A DNA stretch of 64,000 bases. It comes from Octopus bimaculoides. Its lineage: Eukaryota. Position 1 is the stretch's first letter, and every line of letters starts with the position of its first letter. The notes below the pieces were generated by a model that was not told where the DNA came from, made no database searches, and saw only the letters and a program-made list of their open reading frames with translations. A program made the translations under genes and the position numbers. The stretch covers positions 153,006,059 through 153,070,058 of the forward strand of contig NC_068981.1 in the NCBI RefSeq assembly GCF_001194135.2. Reading direction: 5' to 3'. Shown here piece by piece: positions 48,521 to 60,801 of the stretch.

Positions 48521-51500
48521 ATATAGAGACTTGTTCATTGGTCAAGGTGAACTTTGAATGCTAGTGATCTGTCAACCTGCTGCCACTCAGTCAACTTGTA
48601 ACCAAAATATCCTACTATCTAATCAGCCAGCAGAAAACTCAGTAACATAAATCCTACCAAAAATATAAAACCTTCATTATTTTGTTTGATATTTCCACTT
48701 TATTTTTCAGTTGAAAGCATTTCTCTGTCTCTCTCTTTATTGATTATTTTTTTATTATCCTAAACTATAAATTTTAGAAACTACAAATGTAGATTCTAAT
48801 TCTTTATTGGTGCTGGAATATTTTGAATTTTACCTTTGTATCTTATCAGACTATACAAAGAGATTGTATAAAAATGCCTTCAAAAAAAAAATTATAGAAA
48901 AATAAAAAAACAGTTAAGTGAATAATTTAAATGTAATATCTCTAGTTTGACAAGCAGTTTGATGCTCCATGATTATCAATTCTTTGTGCTGTTTCACATG
49001 AAATACCTGATTTTCATAGTACTCTTTTTCTCTCATACTCATTCACTCTATCATTTTTGCTTGCTCTCTTTCACTCCTTACTCTCTCTCTCTCTTCCACC
49101 CACACTCTCTCTCTCTCTTCCACCCACTCTCTCTCTCTCTCTTCCACCCACTCTCTCTCTCTCTCTTCCACCATATATATATATATATATATAATATATA
49201 TATTGTGTGTGTGTGTGTCTTCTGTTCTAATGTCTTTTGTAGGTGATTGTCTTTCTGTCAGTAACTTTTCTTTAAACATCTTTGTCAGAACTTTAGTCTG
49301 TCAAGTACTATTTCTCAAAGTTAACTAAAAGTATTTTGAAATTAATAGACATTCTTCTTTAATAATGCATTGAGAGGATAATTGCTATTTTCCTGCCAGT
49401 GTGCTACATCCAATGACCTTTAGTAGGACCTAAATTCATATATTAAATAGATCTTAGAACATTTACCATGAAGTATATGTTGATGATGATGGCAATATAA
49501 CTACTAATTGTTCAATAAATAATGAATGATAGATTTGTGTGTGTGTGTGTGTAAAATACTGTGTTTGAACTAATTGAAATTATGTTGTATGTTCTATATA
49601 TGAGTGTCATAAACTGTTGGCATATTCCCTTTGTTTCTACTGCTGACAAAGCCAAAACATAAAAAAAAAAAAACATTGGGTGTGCTAATAATGTTTCAAA
49701 TTGGACTTGTGTAAATCTCTATCTAACCAGTGCCAGGTCAGTTCTGGGAGTCTTGTTCTTACAGCAAGCCGCCACCCAACTGAAGCCTTTCCCAAAAACA
49801 ACATTTTCATTATATGTTAAAGATTTTATTTTTAATCTTTCAGTTCTTTTCTTCTCAACACCTTCTCTCTGTTGTTCTTCCTCCATGCAACTCACTAAAA
49901 TAAAGTTGATTAAAAAAAAAAACAACCATCTTTTTTTGTTTTTAGCTTCTGTTGTTACTATTTCCAACTGCTTTCTTTTTTTCCATCTATATAGTCATCA
50001 ACTCTATTGGCCTTTCTTCCTTTTTCTTTTGTCTCTCCTATTTTTCTTGCATCCTTTCACCAATCAATTTATTTTCTGATAAATCTATACTTTCTGAAAC
50101 GATTTTTCTTTCGAAGAACATTACAGAACTATTTTTATGGCTTTTTCATCAGATGTTACTCTGATGGTCTTTGCTAGAAAAATGTTAACTTGTGAAACAA
50201 TAACTCAGCTAGTAGAAATAGTATTTGCAGTAGTGAATTAACTGAAAAGAACACTAGAAAAAAAAAAAAGGTGGTTCATTCGTTATATCTTATAAGATAG
50301 TGAAGTTTGTTTTTGTTGTTAAATACAGAAATTATCTTTTTATTGTTCCATACCAAGATTGTGCTTACTCCAAGGCAAAATGATAATAAAGCATACATTA
50401 ACCATCTGGTAGCATGATGAGAATCGTTTGTTGTTATTTTTTGATTCATTTTGTCTTTTACCATTGTTTTGTGTATTTGATAACCAAAGTAGTTTTAAAT
50501 TATAACTGAAGAATATTTCATAAAATGATATTTTTAAACGCTTTCGTATGTGAATGTGTGTTAGTGTCTCCTTGTGTTGATATCACGTGATAATTATGAG
50601 AGTCACTGTCATACAAGCAGTGTCATTCATTTCTAAAATTCTGCATGAACATGTCTGGCCATCAAGAAATAGCTTGCTTGGAAACAAGTGAGAGTTGCAA
50701 CAGGATGAACACCCTGCTGTATAAAATATGCTTCAATATACACCATCTAATCCATGCCAGCATGGAAAAAGTAGACACTGAAATGATGATAATTTGAATT
50801 TTGTTCCACTTTTGACTTCACATTTTTATTTTAAATTTATTTCTAGTATAGATTTTCATTTCCTTTTTACATTGTTTTAGAATTTTGTAAATCTTTCTAT
50901 ATTACATCTAAATTTTATGCAGTTTAAAATCCACTTCTCATTATCTGTGTCTCTAAATGTTATTTCTGAAAAGACAATATTTTTTTGTGTAGTCTTGTTT
51001 GTGTTGGTGAAGAATATGACTAAATGTTGCTTTTAATTTGAAAAAAATGGGGAACAGTACGCAATTGTTGAAAGACTATCAGGAAATAAATCAATATATT
51101 CACGATTACAATGACATGGTCATTGAGAAAGCTATCAGATGTTGTTTAGCTGTGGCCACCTAGTCGTATGAACTGGCATCTTTCTCAATGGCTATGCAGA
51201 AAACTCAGTTTTCTCGCTGGACAGTGATACACATGAAAAGTTATGTTGTTTTACATGAATTATACTGTCTGATCTTTATTCTAGCTGTTATGAGGCAAAT
51301 AAGTGGAGTGGACATGATTATCTGCTGAAAACTGGTTTTAGACGACAGAACAGATCGTAGTCCATAACAAAATAATGTTATAAAATTTTAGTTTATATAT
51401 AATATCCTGAATAATAAATTAGATCTTTATTCTTCTTATATTTCCCTTTCATTACATAATACTTAACACTGTAAAGAAATCATTATTTTACTTATTGTAT

Positions 51501-54500
51501 TAAAAGAAGAATGTTCAAACCAGCTTGCGTTATGATAGACACACGTGGCGATGGGTAGTTATTCTGAAAAGTATAATTATATTACGTATCAATAAATATT
51601 GGAATTTTTGTCTAAAAAATAAATGTTCGATGGAGAGTCATTCTTATACGAGTTAATTAGGCGTTAGACTAACGGGTTGAGGTTTGCTAGGTCGTGTCCC
51701 ACTAACACCACGACCACTATTTCGTACATGAATGAACATGACACTTAAATTATTCTGGTTCAGTGAATCTAATTCTTAATAATTATCATCGATATGTACA
51801 GCTCACTGTATAAATTAAACAGTGTTTGCCTTAAATTGTACTGAGAAGGCAGACCTATGTGATCAAAGGCGTTCCAGTTCCTTATTTTTTTCTTTTTTGT
51901 TTCTCGGTTTTGGGTTCGCGATTTTAAAGTCGTGGTTTCTATTCTTGAGCAGCGCGTTGTGTCATTGAGCAAGGCGCTTTATCTCTCGGTGTCCCGGTTT
52001 CTTCAGCTAAAAATGAGTCCCGGTCTATTGCTAGTGTAGCCGTTTCTCCCTCCAGCTGCAACACTTTCAATGTTCTGCTGAGTCAAAAGAGGGGTGTCTA
52101 TGTTTGCTCGCGACTGCGTCGGCGCCTAAAGGAATTAGCGAAAGTGGGGTGCATGCTATCAAGTCATACTTGCAAGTAACAGTTTTAATTTTTTTTAATG
52201 GTATGCACGTCTGTATAACGCAGTGTCTTACTTTTTTAAGGTGGCAGAGAGATTTGGCTACAGTTTCTAGTGAGTTCAATGACCTCTCCATTGCTTGACC
52301 TATTAGTGTTTCGTTAGCTTTCCATGCTGAATTTGTTTTGCTTTCTGCAACGTTTCACTCAACTGTGATAGAAGGCAGTTGAAACCCTACCTTGATAAAT
52401 TAGACACACGTAGAAACAGAGAACAAATCAATACAAAATAAAAAATAAATAAAAAAACAGCAGAAGTCCAAGAGACATTCACAGTTAATATTAGATTGAC
52501 GCTCAAAGAAGGAAAAATGTCATAGAGTAAATGTTTAACGTTTCGGATATTGCTCTTCATCGGATACTACTGGAAAATTTGGAGAAAGAGACAAGAAAGA
52601 GTGCAAATGAGATAAAAAAAAAAAAAAAGAAGAGATCCAAGAAGCAGTTGTAAGATAGGTTCACTGCTGCATGCTTTTAACCATTGCTCTGATCGAGCAG
52701 AGCTTAATCTAGAGCTACTATCTAAAAAAAAAATCTTAAATTCTTAATAGTATTTAATGAGCAGCGTCGTTGGTTTTAAGTTTGCAGTGGGCCAATAAAT
52801 TGTTTGTTGCAATTCCAATGGCGGCAGTGACAAGGGAATGGCTGTCGAAAAATATCTCAAGGTAGTGTTTAAGGTTTCACATATCTATTATCGTACATCC
52901 CCAGACTTCGATTAACTGGTACTACCCATGCAATCAGTATTAACCAGGTGGTGCCTTACAGTTATATTTAATGCATTCTTGTACATTTTCAGAGGCATAA
53001 ATGTTGACTCTGTAGCTTAATATATATATTCTTTCATTATAGGGCGGCGAACTGGCAAAATCGTTAGCACGCCGTGCAAAATGCGCTTAGTGGTATTTCG
53101 TCCGTCTTTATGTTCTGAGTACAAATTCCACCGAGGTCGACTTTACCTTTCATCTTTTCGGGGTCGAAAAAATAAGTATCAGTTGAGCACAGGGGTCGAT
53201 GTAATCGATTTATTCCCTCCCGCCGAAATTACTGGCCTTATGCCGAAATTTGAAGCCAATATGTTCACTATCTATAGCAAGTATAGACAACCTTTATTGA
53301 GAAGCGGGCCGCTCGAGAAATGGCTCATCGTCAAAGAAACTCTTCGTTAGCCATGTCATGTCGAAAGTCTCGCGGGCCGCAGGTTACCTGTGATTGATTT
53401 ATAGTAACAAATATATATGGTCTTTCGGTTCAACGAGGAAGGTCACGCGATTTGCTAGAAACACCAACGAAATCTCTCTCAAAATACACTTATCTATAGA
53501 AAAAGAAGACATCGCATAACGTAGGCCTTGGTGCACTATGCCTAAATAAAGACGTAGTTGTCATGGTTGGGATGCCTTTTGGTCATATATCTGTTTAATC
53601 AGATCTGACCCGGGGCTAAACAACAACAACAACATCAACAACTTATGTAATTGGCTAATATTAATGAAAGTGGATTATAAAGTATTTTTCTGTAATAGAC
53701 TAAAGTGAACACAAAATGAAATAATACAATATAAAATATAAAAAGAAACTCTATCCATAAAGCTCTTTTTGTAAAATAACATACTGAAAAAGACCCATTG
53801 TCCAAACATTGTATAAATGAATAAACTATGACGTTAAGAGGAAATGAAACAGTTGTACCTGACCAGTGTATGAACATTGCTTGTGAATTGGTTAACTTCG
53901 ATTGGTCTTGATCAGTTTTTTTCAGTTACCAATCCAGTATTCCTTCCTGGTTAAACAATAGGGCTCAACAACACTTCCGGTCTTTCCTGTAAGGGTCAAA
54001 TTCAGTGTTGCATTATTGAAACGGTCATCTGGAGATTTGGCATCAGTGCTACCTTTATGTCTGCCTAATAGTTTCGCCGGAAATCAGAATCACATCCCAC
54101 TTCGCTTGTTAACCCTCACAGTGTGCAAGAGAGAGAGAGAGCAGAAGAAAAGATAAGCTTGTCTTCTATTTAATTGCAACAAAAATATAGGAGTGTTGAC
54201 CAGCGATGTTTGACCAGTCTCGGCCATTTCCAACTGTCAACGGTTGGACGAAGAAATGGCCAAACAGCAAAAATGAATAAATATAAATAGAATAAAAGTA
54301 ACAAAAACATTAAAATCGAAAGGGAATAAATGAAAAGCAAAAAGAAAAAAAAACGCGATTAGAACTGTGTTTAGGTCTTATTTTGTTGTGTGTGCGTGTG
54401 CATGCGCGCGCATGTGTGTGTGTGTGTGTGTGCGTGTTTTACGGTATTGTTTCACACTGAGATTAGTTCCAGAGATGGCAAGCCTGAGACCCTGTTTCGA

Positions 54501-55102
54501 TTCCCAGTTGTATCAATTTATTTCATTATAATAATCCTTTCTACTATAGGCACAAGGCCTGAAATTTTGGGGAGGAGGATAGTCGATTACATCGACCCTA
54601 GTATTCAACTGGTACTTAATTTATCGGCCCCGGAAGGATGAACGGCAAAGTCGACCTCGGCGGAATTTGAACTCAGAAATACCGCTATGCATTTTTCCCG
54701 GCATGCTAACGATTCTGCCAGCTCGCTGCCTTTATTTTACTATAATAATGCTTTTGGAAAACAAATCAGTGGCACCTCAATATAGCCTTAGCCGTAATTA
54801 CTTTTTACTAGTTTCGGTCATTGGACTGCGGTCATACTGGGACACCACTTTGAAAGTTCCCTCTCCTAAATTCCTTCTCAAAGCATTGGTCAGCCTGAGG
54901 TTATAGTAGAAGATACTTGCCCTAGGAGCTGCGCAGTGGGATTGAAACTGGAACCACATGATTGCAAAGCGAGCTTTATAAGCACACAGCTATATCTGCA
55001 CCTGCTTAAATAAATGTCAAGAAATAAAGCAAACAATCGTATTTTGTTATCTCTTCCTTGCGTTTTTGTAAGAAATTGATTTTGAAACAAAAGTGTAACA
55101 GA

Positions 55103-55171
55103 AGCCCCCAGTGAAGATCGAACTCACGACTCCTGGTTGGTAAAACCAGTACCCTAAGCACTGAAACGGCC
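55103..55171 (-). pseudogene. tRNA pseudogene, Thr(TGT)-like body with a decayed anticodon loop
   Basis: Minus strand reads GGCCGTTTCAGTGCTTAGGGTACTGGTTTTACCAACCAGGAGTCGTGAGTTCGATCTTCACTGGGGGCT. The T-arm/B box and CTGGT/ACCAG anticodon stem are intact; the 5' acceptor strand and D arm are damaged. Confidence 0.65.
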
Positions 55172-55569
55172 ACAACAACAAGATTTTAAAATACGGATTG
55201 AGGAAACAAAAACGATGAGGCAACGAAACGTTTTAATTTCGAATCGTGCGAAGTCCAACTTTGTTTTCATCTTTCAATGATCGATCAGTAACATGAGGTT
55301 GATTTAATCATATCACAGAATGTTTGGCTTTGTGTAAATGCTAGGAATCAATGTTATTGGCAGAATCGGGAAAGCGTCGGACAAAATGTTTTGTAGTATT
55401 TAGTTACACATCCTCTTTGCGTTCTGAGTTCCAGTTTTGTGACGTCGCCTGTTTTTTGTATCTATCCAGGGTCGATATAATTGACTGTTCGTTTCCCCCA
55501 AATTTGTGCTCTCACTTCCAAATTTGTCCTTTTTAGCAACTTAAACCTTAGCAACAACAAAACTACTAG

Positions 55570-57650
55570 AATGTTTTATATCATATATACTATTAGCAAT
55601 TTATTACGTACATATCATTAACAATTTATCACATCCACTCTAAATATTATATCTTATATGACTGCATAACAATTCAGCACATATCATTTACGTATTATTG
55701 TCAATTTATCAAATATTATCACACATATCATAAATAATTTATCATGTGCAGGTGTGGCTGTGTTATAAGAAGCTTGCTTCCCAACAAAATGGTTCCAGAT
55801 TCAGTCCCACTGCGTGACACCTTAGGCAAGTGTCTTCTCCTAGAGCTGCCAAAGCCTTGTGCGTGGCTTTAATAGACGGAAACTGAATGAAACCTGTCGT
55901 ATATATGTATGTATATGTTTACTTGTGTGTCTGTGTTTGTCCCCCCCCCCCCCCATCATCGCTTGACAACCGATGTTGGTGTGTTTACGTTCCCGTAATT
56001 TGACAGTTCCGTAAAAGAGACCAATAGAATAAGTACCAGGTTTACAAAGAATAAGTCCTGGGGTCGATTTATTCAATTAAAAGGTAGTACTCCAGCATGG
56101 CCGCAGTCAAATGACCGAAACAAGTAAAAGAATGAAAGAATACTATTGATAATCCATCATATTGTTACAAATTATGAGAATTTATCACATTTTATATTAT
56201 TATCAATTTATCACAAACTATCGTGTATTTTTAACAATTTATCACATTCTTAGTGTCACATATTAACCATTTCCTGCATATTATCAGCAATTTATCAGAT
56301 ATCACATACTATCCCTTTGGAATCAATTTACCACATAATCATCACATATCACGTTACCAATAATTTATCACATCACATCTTATCAATATCTATCACATAC
56401 ATATTCAAAGTTTATCACATATTTTCACTTATAGCGTATTAAGAATTTATTGTATATCACGTATTATTACCTCCGCCAAAGAAGGAGGTTATGTTTTCAT
56501 TGGCGTTGGTTTGTCCGTTTGTCCGTCTGTGTGCAAAATAACTCAAAAAGTTGTAAACGGTATTTGATGAAACTTGCAGGAAAAGTTGGTTATGACACAA
56601 GGAACAGATGATGAAATTTTGGTAGTGATCCGGGAATTTTTATGGATTCTTGAAAGATTTTTCATTTGTTATATTTACATGAAGTATTACAATGTTACGT
56701 TCTTTGATCATCTCCCTTGAAAACACATCGTTTCTACGTAACCTATGGTGGCGTTGCTGTTTAGAGACAGTGTTGATGATGACGATAGTCGAGATAAGTA
56801 TGGGAGGAGGATAAAATAGTATCGGTGGTTATAANNNNNNNNNNTGTTGATGATGACGATAGTCGAGATAAGTATGGGAGGAGGATAAAATAGTATCGGT
56901 GGTTATAATGGCGACAGGAGCGGTGTGATGTGTGATGCTGAGGTGATGGTGGTAATAGTGGTGTTGATGAAAGTGTTAGTTGTGTGATGGTGGTATTGCA
57001 GTAGTTATACTGGTTGTAGTGGTGAAAGTGACTGTCAAGGTAACCGTCATGATAACATTGATGGCGGTGTATGTGGTTGAAGTGGAAGCTGACAATGCTG
57101 CTGATGATGTTGGTGGTACAGATGATTCCTGTTTTTAAAGGGTTTTAAAAAAAAAATCATATGACTGTGTTATTTTTTTTTACGCCGCCAAGGAGGTTAT
57201 GTTTTTGCCGGCGTTGGTTTGGGAAATTGGGCGATTTTCAGCATGCGTGTATATGGGTGGAAATTAGCTGCTTGGCGGAGGTCTGCGCTCTCCGAGTGCT
57301 TTTCTAGTTAACAATGTATATCACATTCTGAATAATTTATTACATTATCACATACAAATAATGTATCACATAATTTCATATATTAACATAACACATAATA
57401 TTTACAATTTATTATAATATTTCAGATAATATCACGATTAATAATTTATCACGTTATTAACAATTAACTGTTATCACATCTCATTAATAATTTATCATAT
57501 ATTACTAACAAGTTACCAGATATCACATTCTTAATAATTTATCTCATATCACATTTTTATAATATATTTCATATCACATTTTATATAATTTATCAAATTA
57601 TCACTTAACCTATTGGATATCATATATTAACAATCTTTTATTAAATATTG
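55570..57650. repeat. Degenerate AT-rich minisatellite (unit like TAATAATTTATCACATATCACAT), interrupted by a SINE and a HINE
   Basis: Recurrent ATTTATCACAT / ATATCACAT motifs in blocks at ~55570-55745, 56140-56465 and 57310-57650. Confidence 0.75.
56467..57309 (+). mobile_element. Helentron-type non-autonomous element (HINE/DINE-like)
   Basis: 5' sub-terminal repeat ACCTCCGCCAA (56469-79) with its inverse TTGGCGGAGGT (57272-82). These are followed by hairpin GCGCTC-TCC-GAGTGC and end TTTCTAGTT. A second 5'-like end lies at ~57180. Confidence 0.7.
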
Positions 57651-58657
57651 GTTTCAAACTTTGGCACAAGGACAGCAATTTCGGGGGAGGTGAGGAAGTC
57701 GATTTGATCAACCTCAGTGTTCAACAGGTACTTATTTTACCGACCCCAAAAGAATGAAAAGCGGCATTTGGACTCAAAACGAAGAGTCGGAAGAAACGCC
57801 GCTAAGCATTTTGTCCGGCACAGTAACAGTTCAACCAGTTGCTCAGATAGCCGGCACATACCATTTCGCTAGCAACAAGGGGAGTACAGGATGCCAGTCA
57901 ACCAAAACCGTTGCAATGCTGTCTCTCTTCTTTTTTCTCTCTATTTCTCTTATGATGTCCAATTCCACTTGAAGTTGTATATATATTGTTAAGATTCGTT
58001 GTCAATCAATTATCCTTATTGAGAAGAAACAGTCAAAAGTAACCACCACATACAATCACCAAACATCTCCACTACTTAACACCATCCAAGTCAACCCTCT
58101 TCACCTTTACAGCTGACATGAAAAACTACGAGGAAAAGGCAACCATTTTAATAAAGCAAAAAAAGAGAGAAAATTGATTGCTATTAAAACGCGTAAAATT
58201 TTGGGGTTAATAATCTTAATCTTTAGGGATCTGTTCAATCTGACCGACAGATTTTTTTAATTAATTTTTTTTAACTAAACACTTTGAAACTTCGGATACT
58301 GGTAGAATGTATCACATAGAACAGGGTTTACTCTTAACGTTTTTGACACAATTTTGTATTTTAGAAGTTATTTCGTGTTAAAGTTGTCGTATTTGGGTAA
58401 TTTTAACTAATCAATGACGTATTCAGCTGAAGAAAATTACTGCTGCTGTTTGCGAACAAGAACTTCCGGGTCCACTCCCCTAACAAAACCCTTCTTTAAT
58501 AACCAGAAATGTTTTTATATCAACATAGGTTTGCTGTATCAGGGTTGATTTTAGGCTAAATAACAGCAAAATTATTATTGAGTCAGACCAACGACGGGGC
58601 CTGTATGGGGTTGCATGACCTGCTAGAAAAAATAGCCAAACTTTTTTTTATATACAA

Positions 58658-58795
58658 AATAGAAAAACCTCTATCCTGTGATATACACGCAGAGTCCATT
58701 AACAGATATGATCAAAGACGTCTGTGACCATTCCGTCTTTCTTCCCAGACATAATGGACTCTACGTGTATGTGACAGGATAGAGGTTTTTCTATT
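58658..58795. repeat. Inverted repeat, 44-bp arms with 3 mismatches and a 50-nt spacer
   Basis: AATAGAAAAACCTCTATCCTGTGATATACACGCAGAGTCCATTA (58658-58701) versus the reverse complement of 58752-58795. Confidence 0.85.
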
Positions 58796-58980
58796 CTGTA
58801 TATGTAGGGTGGTGTCTAGCATGGCCTAAGTCCAGTGACAGAAAGAACTAAAACACACAGACGCACACACACTCACATACACACACGCACGCACAGACGC
58901 ACACACACGCACACACACACACACATGCACACACGCACGCACACACACGCATGCACAAACACACACACACACACGCATAC

Positions 58981-59623
58981 NNNNNNNNNNNNNNNNNNNN
59001 NNNNNNNNNNNNNNNNNNNNNNNNNNNNNNNNNNNNNNNNNNNNNNNNNNNNNNNNNNNNNNNNNNNNNNNNNNNNNNNNNNNNNNNNNNNNNNNNNNNN
59101 NNNNNNNNNNNNNNNNNNNNNNNNNNNNNNNNNNNNNNNNNNNNNNNNNNNNNNNNNNNNNNNNNNNNNNNNNNNNNNNNNNNNNNNNNNNNNNNNNNNN
59201 NNNNNNNNNNNNNNNNNNNNNNNNNNNNNNNNNNNNNNNNNNNNNNNNNNNNNNNNNNNNNNNNNNNNNNNNNNNNNNNNNNNNNNNNNNNNNNNNNNNN
59301 NNNNNNNNNNNNNNNNNNNNNNNNNNNNNNNNNNNNNNNNNNNNNNNNNNNNNNNNNNNNNNNNNNNNNNNNNNNNNNNNNNNNNNNNNNNNNNNNNNNN
59401 NNNNNNNNNNNNNNNNNNNNNNNNNNNNNNNNNNNNNNNNNNNNNNNNNNNNNNNNNNNNNNNNNNNNNNNNNNNNNNNNNNNNNNNNNNNNNNNNNNNN
59501 NNNNNNNNNNNNNNNNNNNNNNNNNNNNNNNNNNNNNNNNNNNNNNNNNNNNNNNNNNNNNNNNNNNNNNNNNNNNNNNNNNNNNNNNNNNNNNNNNNNN
59601 NNNNNNNNNNNNNNNNNNNNNNN
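58981..59623. other. Assembly gap (N run)
   Basis: Other gaps at 1768-1983, 19928-20433, 20869-20878, 28108-28117 and 56835-56844. Confidence 0.99.
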
Positions 59624-60052
59624 ATTAGCAACAATGTCATTTGCAATAACCCGAAGGTAAGTTCGGCAACAGTCCAATCATCGACACGCCTCCTCCTCCT
59701 CCACCTCCGCCTCCATCGATAATTTCATCATCGTACTTAATGCAACCGTGTTGTTTTGGGCGCCACATGTTATTACTGTATTACTGAAAAGCGTTGAAGA
59801 TTTACACACACACACACACACATATATATATACATACATATATATGTGTACATACATACAGGCACACGCATACACGTACTCACGCGCACACATACATGCA
59901 CGCACAAACGCTCACAAACACACGCTCACACACACACACACACACACACACAAACACGCACACACATATATACACACATACACACACAGACATATAAAGA
60001 GATAGATAGATAGATAGATAGATAGATACACACCCAAATAAACATATACATT

Positions 60053-60086
<34 letters not shown>

Positions 60087-60118
60087 ATAATAAGGCCCTT
60101 GGAAATAATATATTATAG

Positions 60119-60195
<77 letters not shown>

Positions 60196-60599
60196 GACAG
60201 AGATATACATACATATATGTATGTATGTATGTATGTATATAAAATGAAAAGAGTATGAGAGAGGGAGAGAAAGAGGGAGAGAGTGAGAGAGAAGAAGGCA
60301 AGAAAAAAACCAAAAGGAGACAATGAGAAAACGAAGAGATGTTCCTGCTGAGCGATAAGGATGAAACTGAAGGCTATTCTTCTTTAAAACCTTAGTGGTT
60401 TGCCATGTAGCCAGGAGGTAATAAACTAATTTCTTGGTTCAACATTAGAGAAGGCAGGAAATACTTTCTAATAATTCTAAGTTGTTGTTTAGCCTTAAGT
60501 AAACCTTGATTGACCTCCCCTCTACAATCAAAGACATTCTGGCTGTGACCAACCAGTCGTATTTCCGAACACTACTCCTACAATATATTATTTCAAAAG

Positions 60600-60663
60600 G
60601 TCTTCTTCTTCTTCTTCTTCTTCTTCTTCTTCTTCTTCTTCTTCTTCTCCTTACTACTACTAC

Positions 60664-60695
<32 letters not shown>

Positions 60696-60736
60696 CTTCT
60701 TCTTCTTCTTCTTCTTCTTCTTCTTCTTCTTCTCCT

Positions 60737-60801
<65 letters not shown>

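Noticed and set aside
51083-51163. EINQYIHDYNDMVIEKAIRCC as an alternative TBC1D13 last exon
   Set aside because: The acceptor lacks a pyrimidine tract and the similarity to the TBC C-terminus is marginal, whereas 39641-39712 fits well.
56771-56908. Exact ~63-bp tandem duplication
   Set aside because: The two copies directly flank a 10-N gap, which is typical of unmerged contig overlap (assembly artefact).
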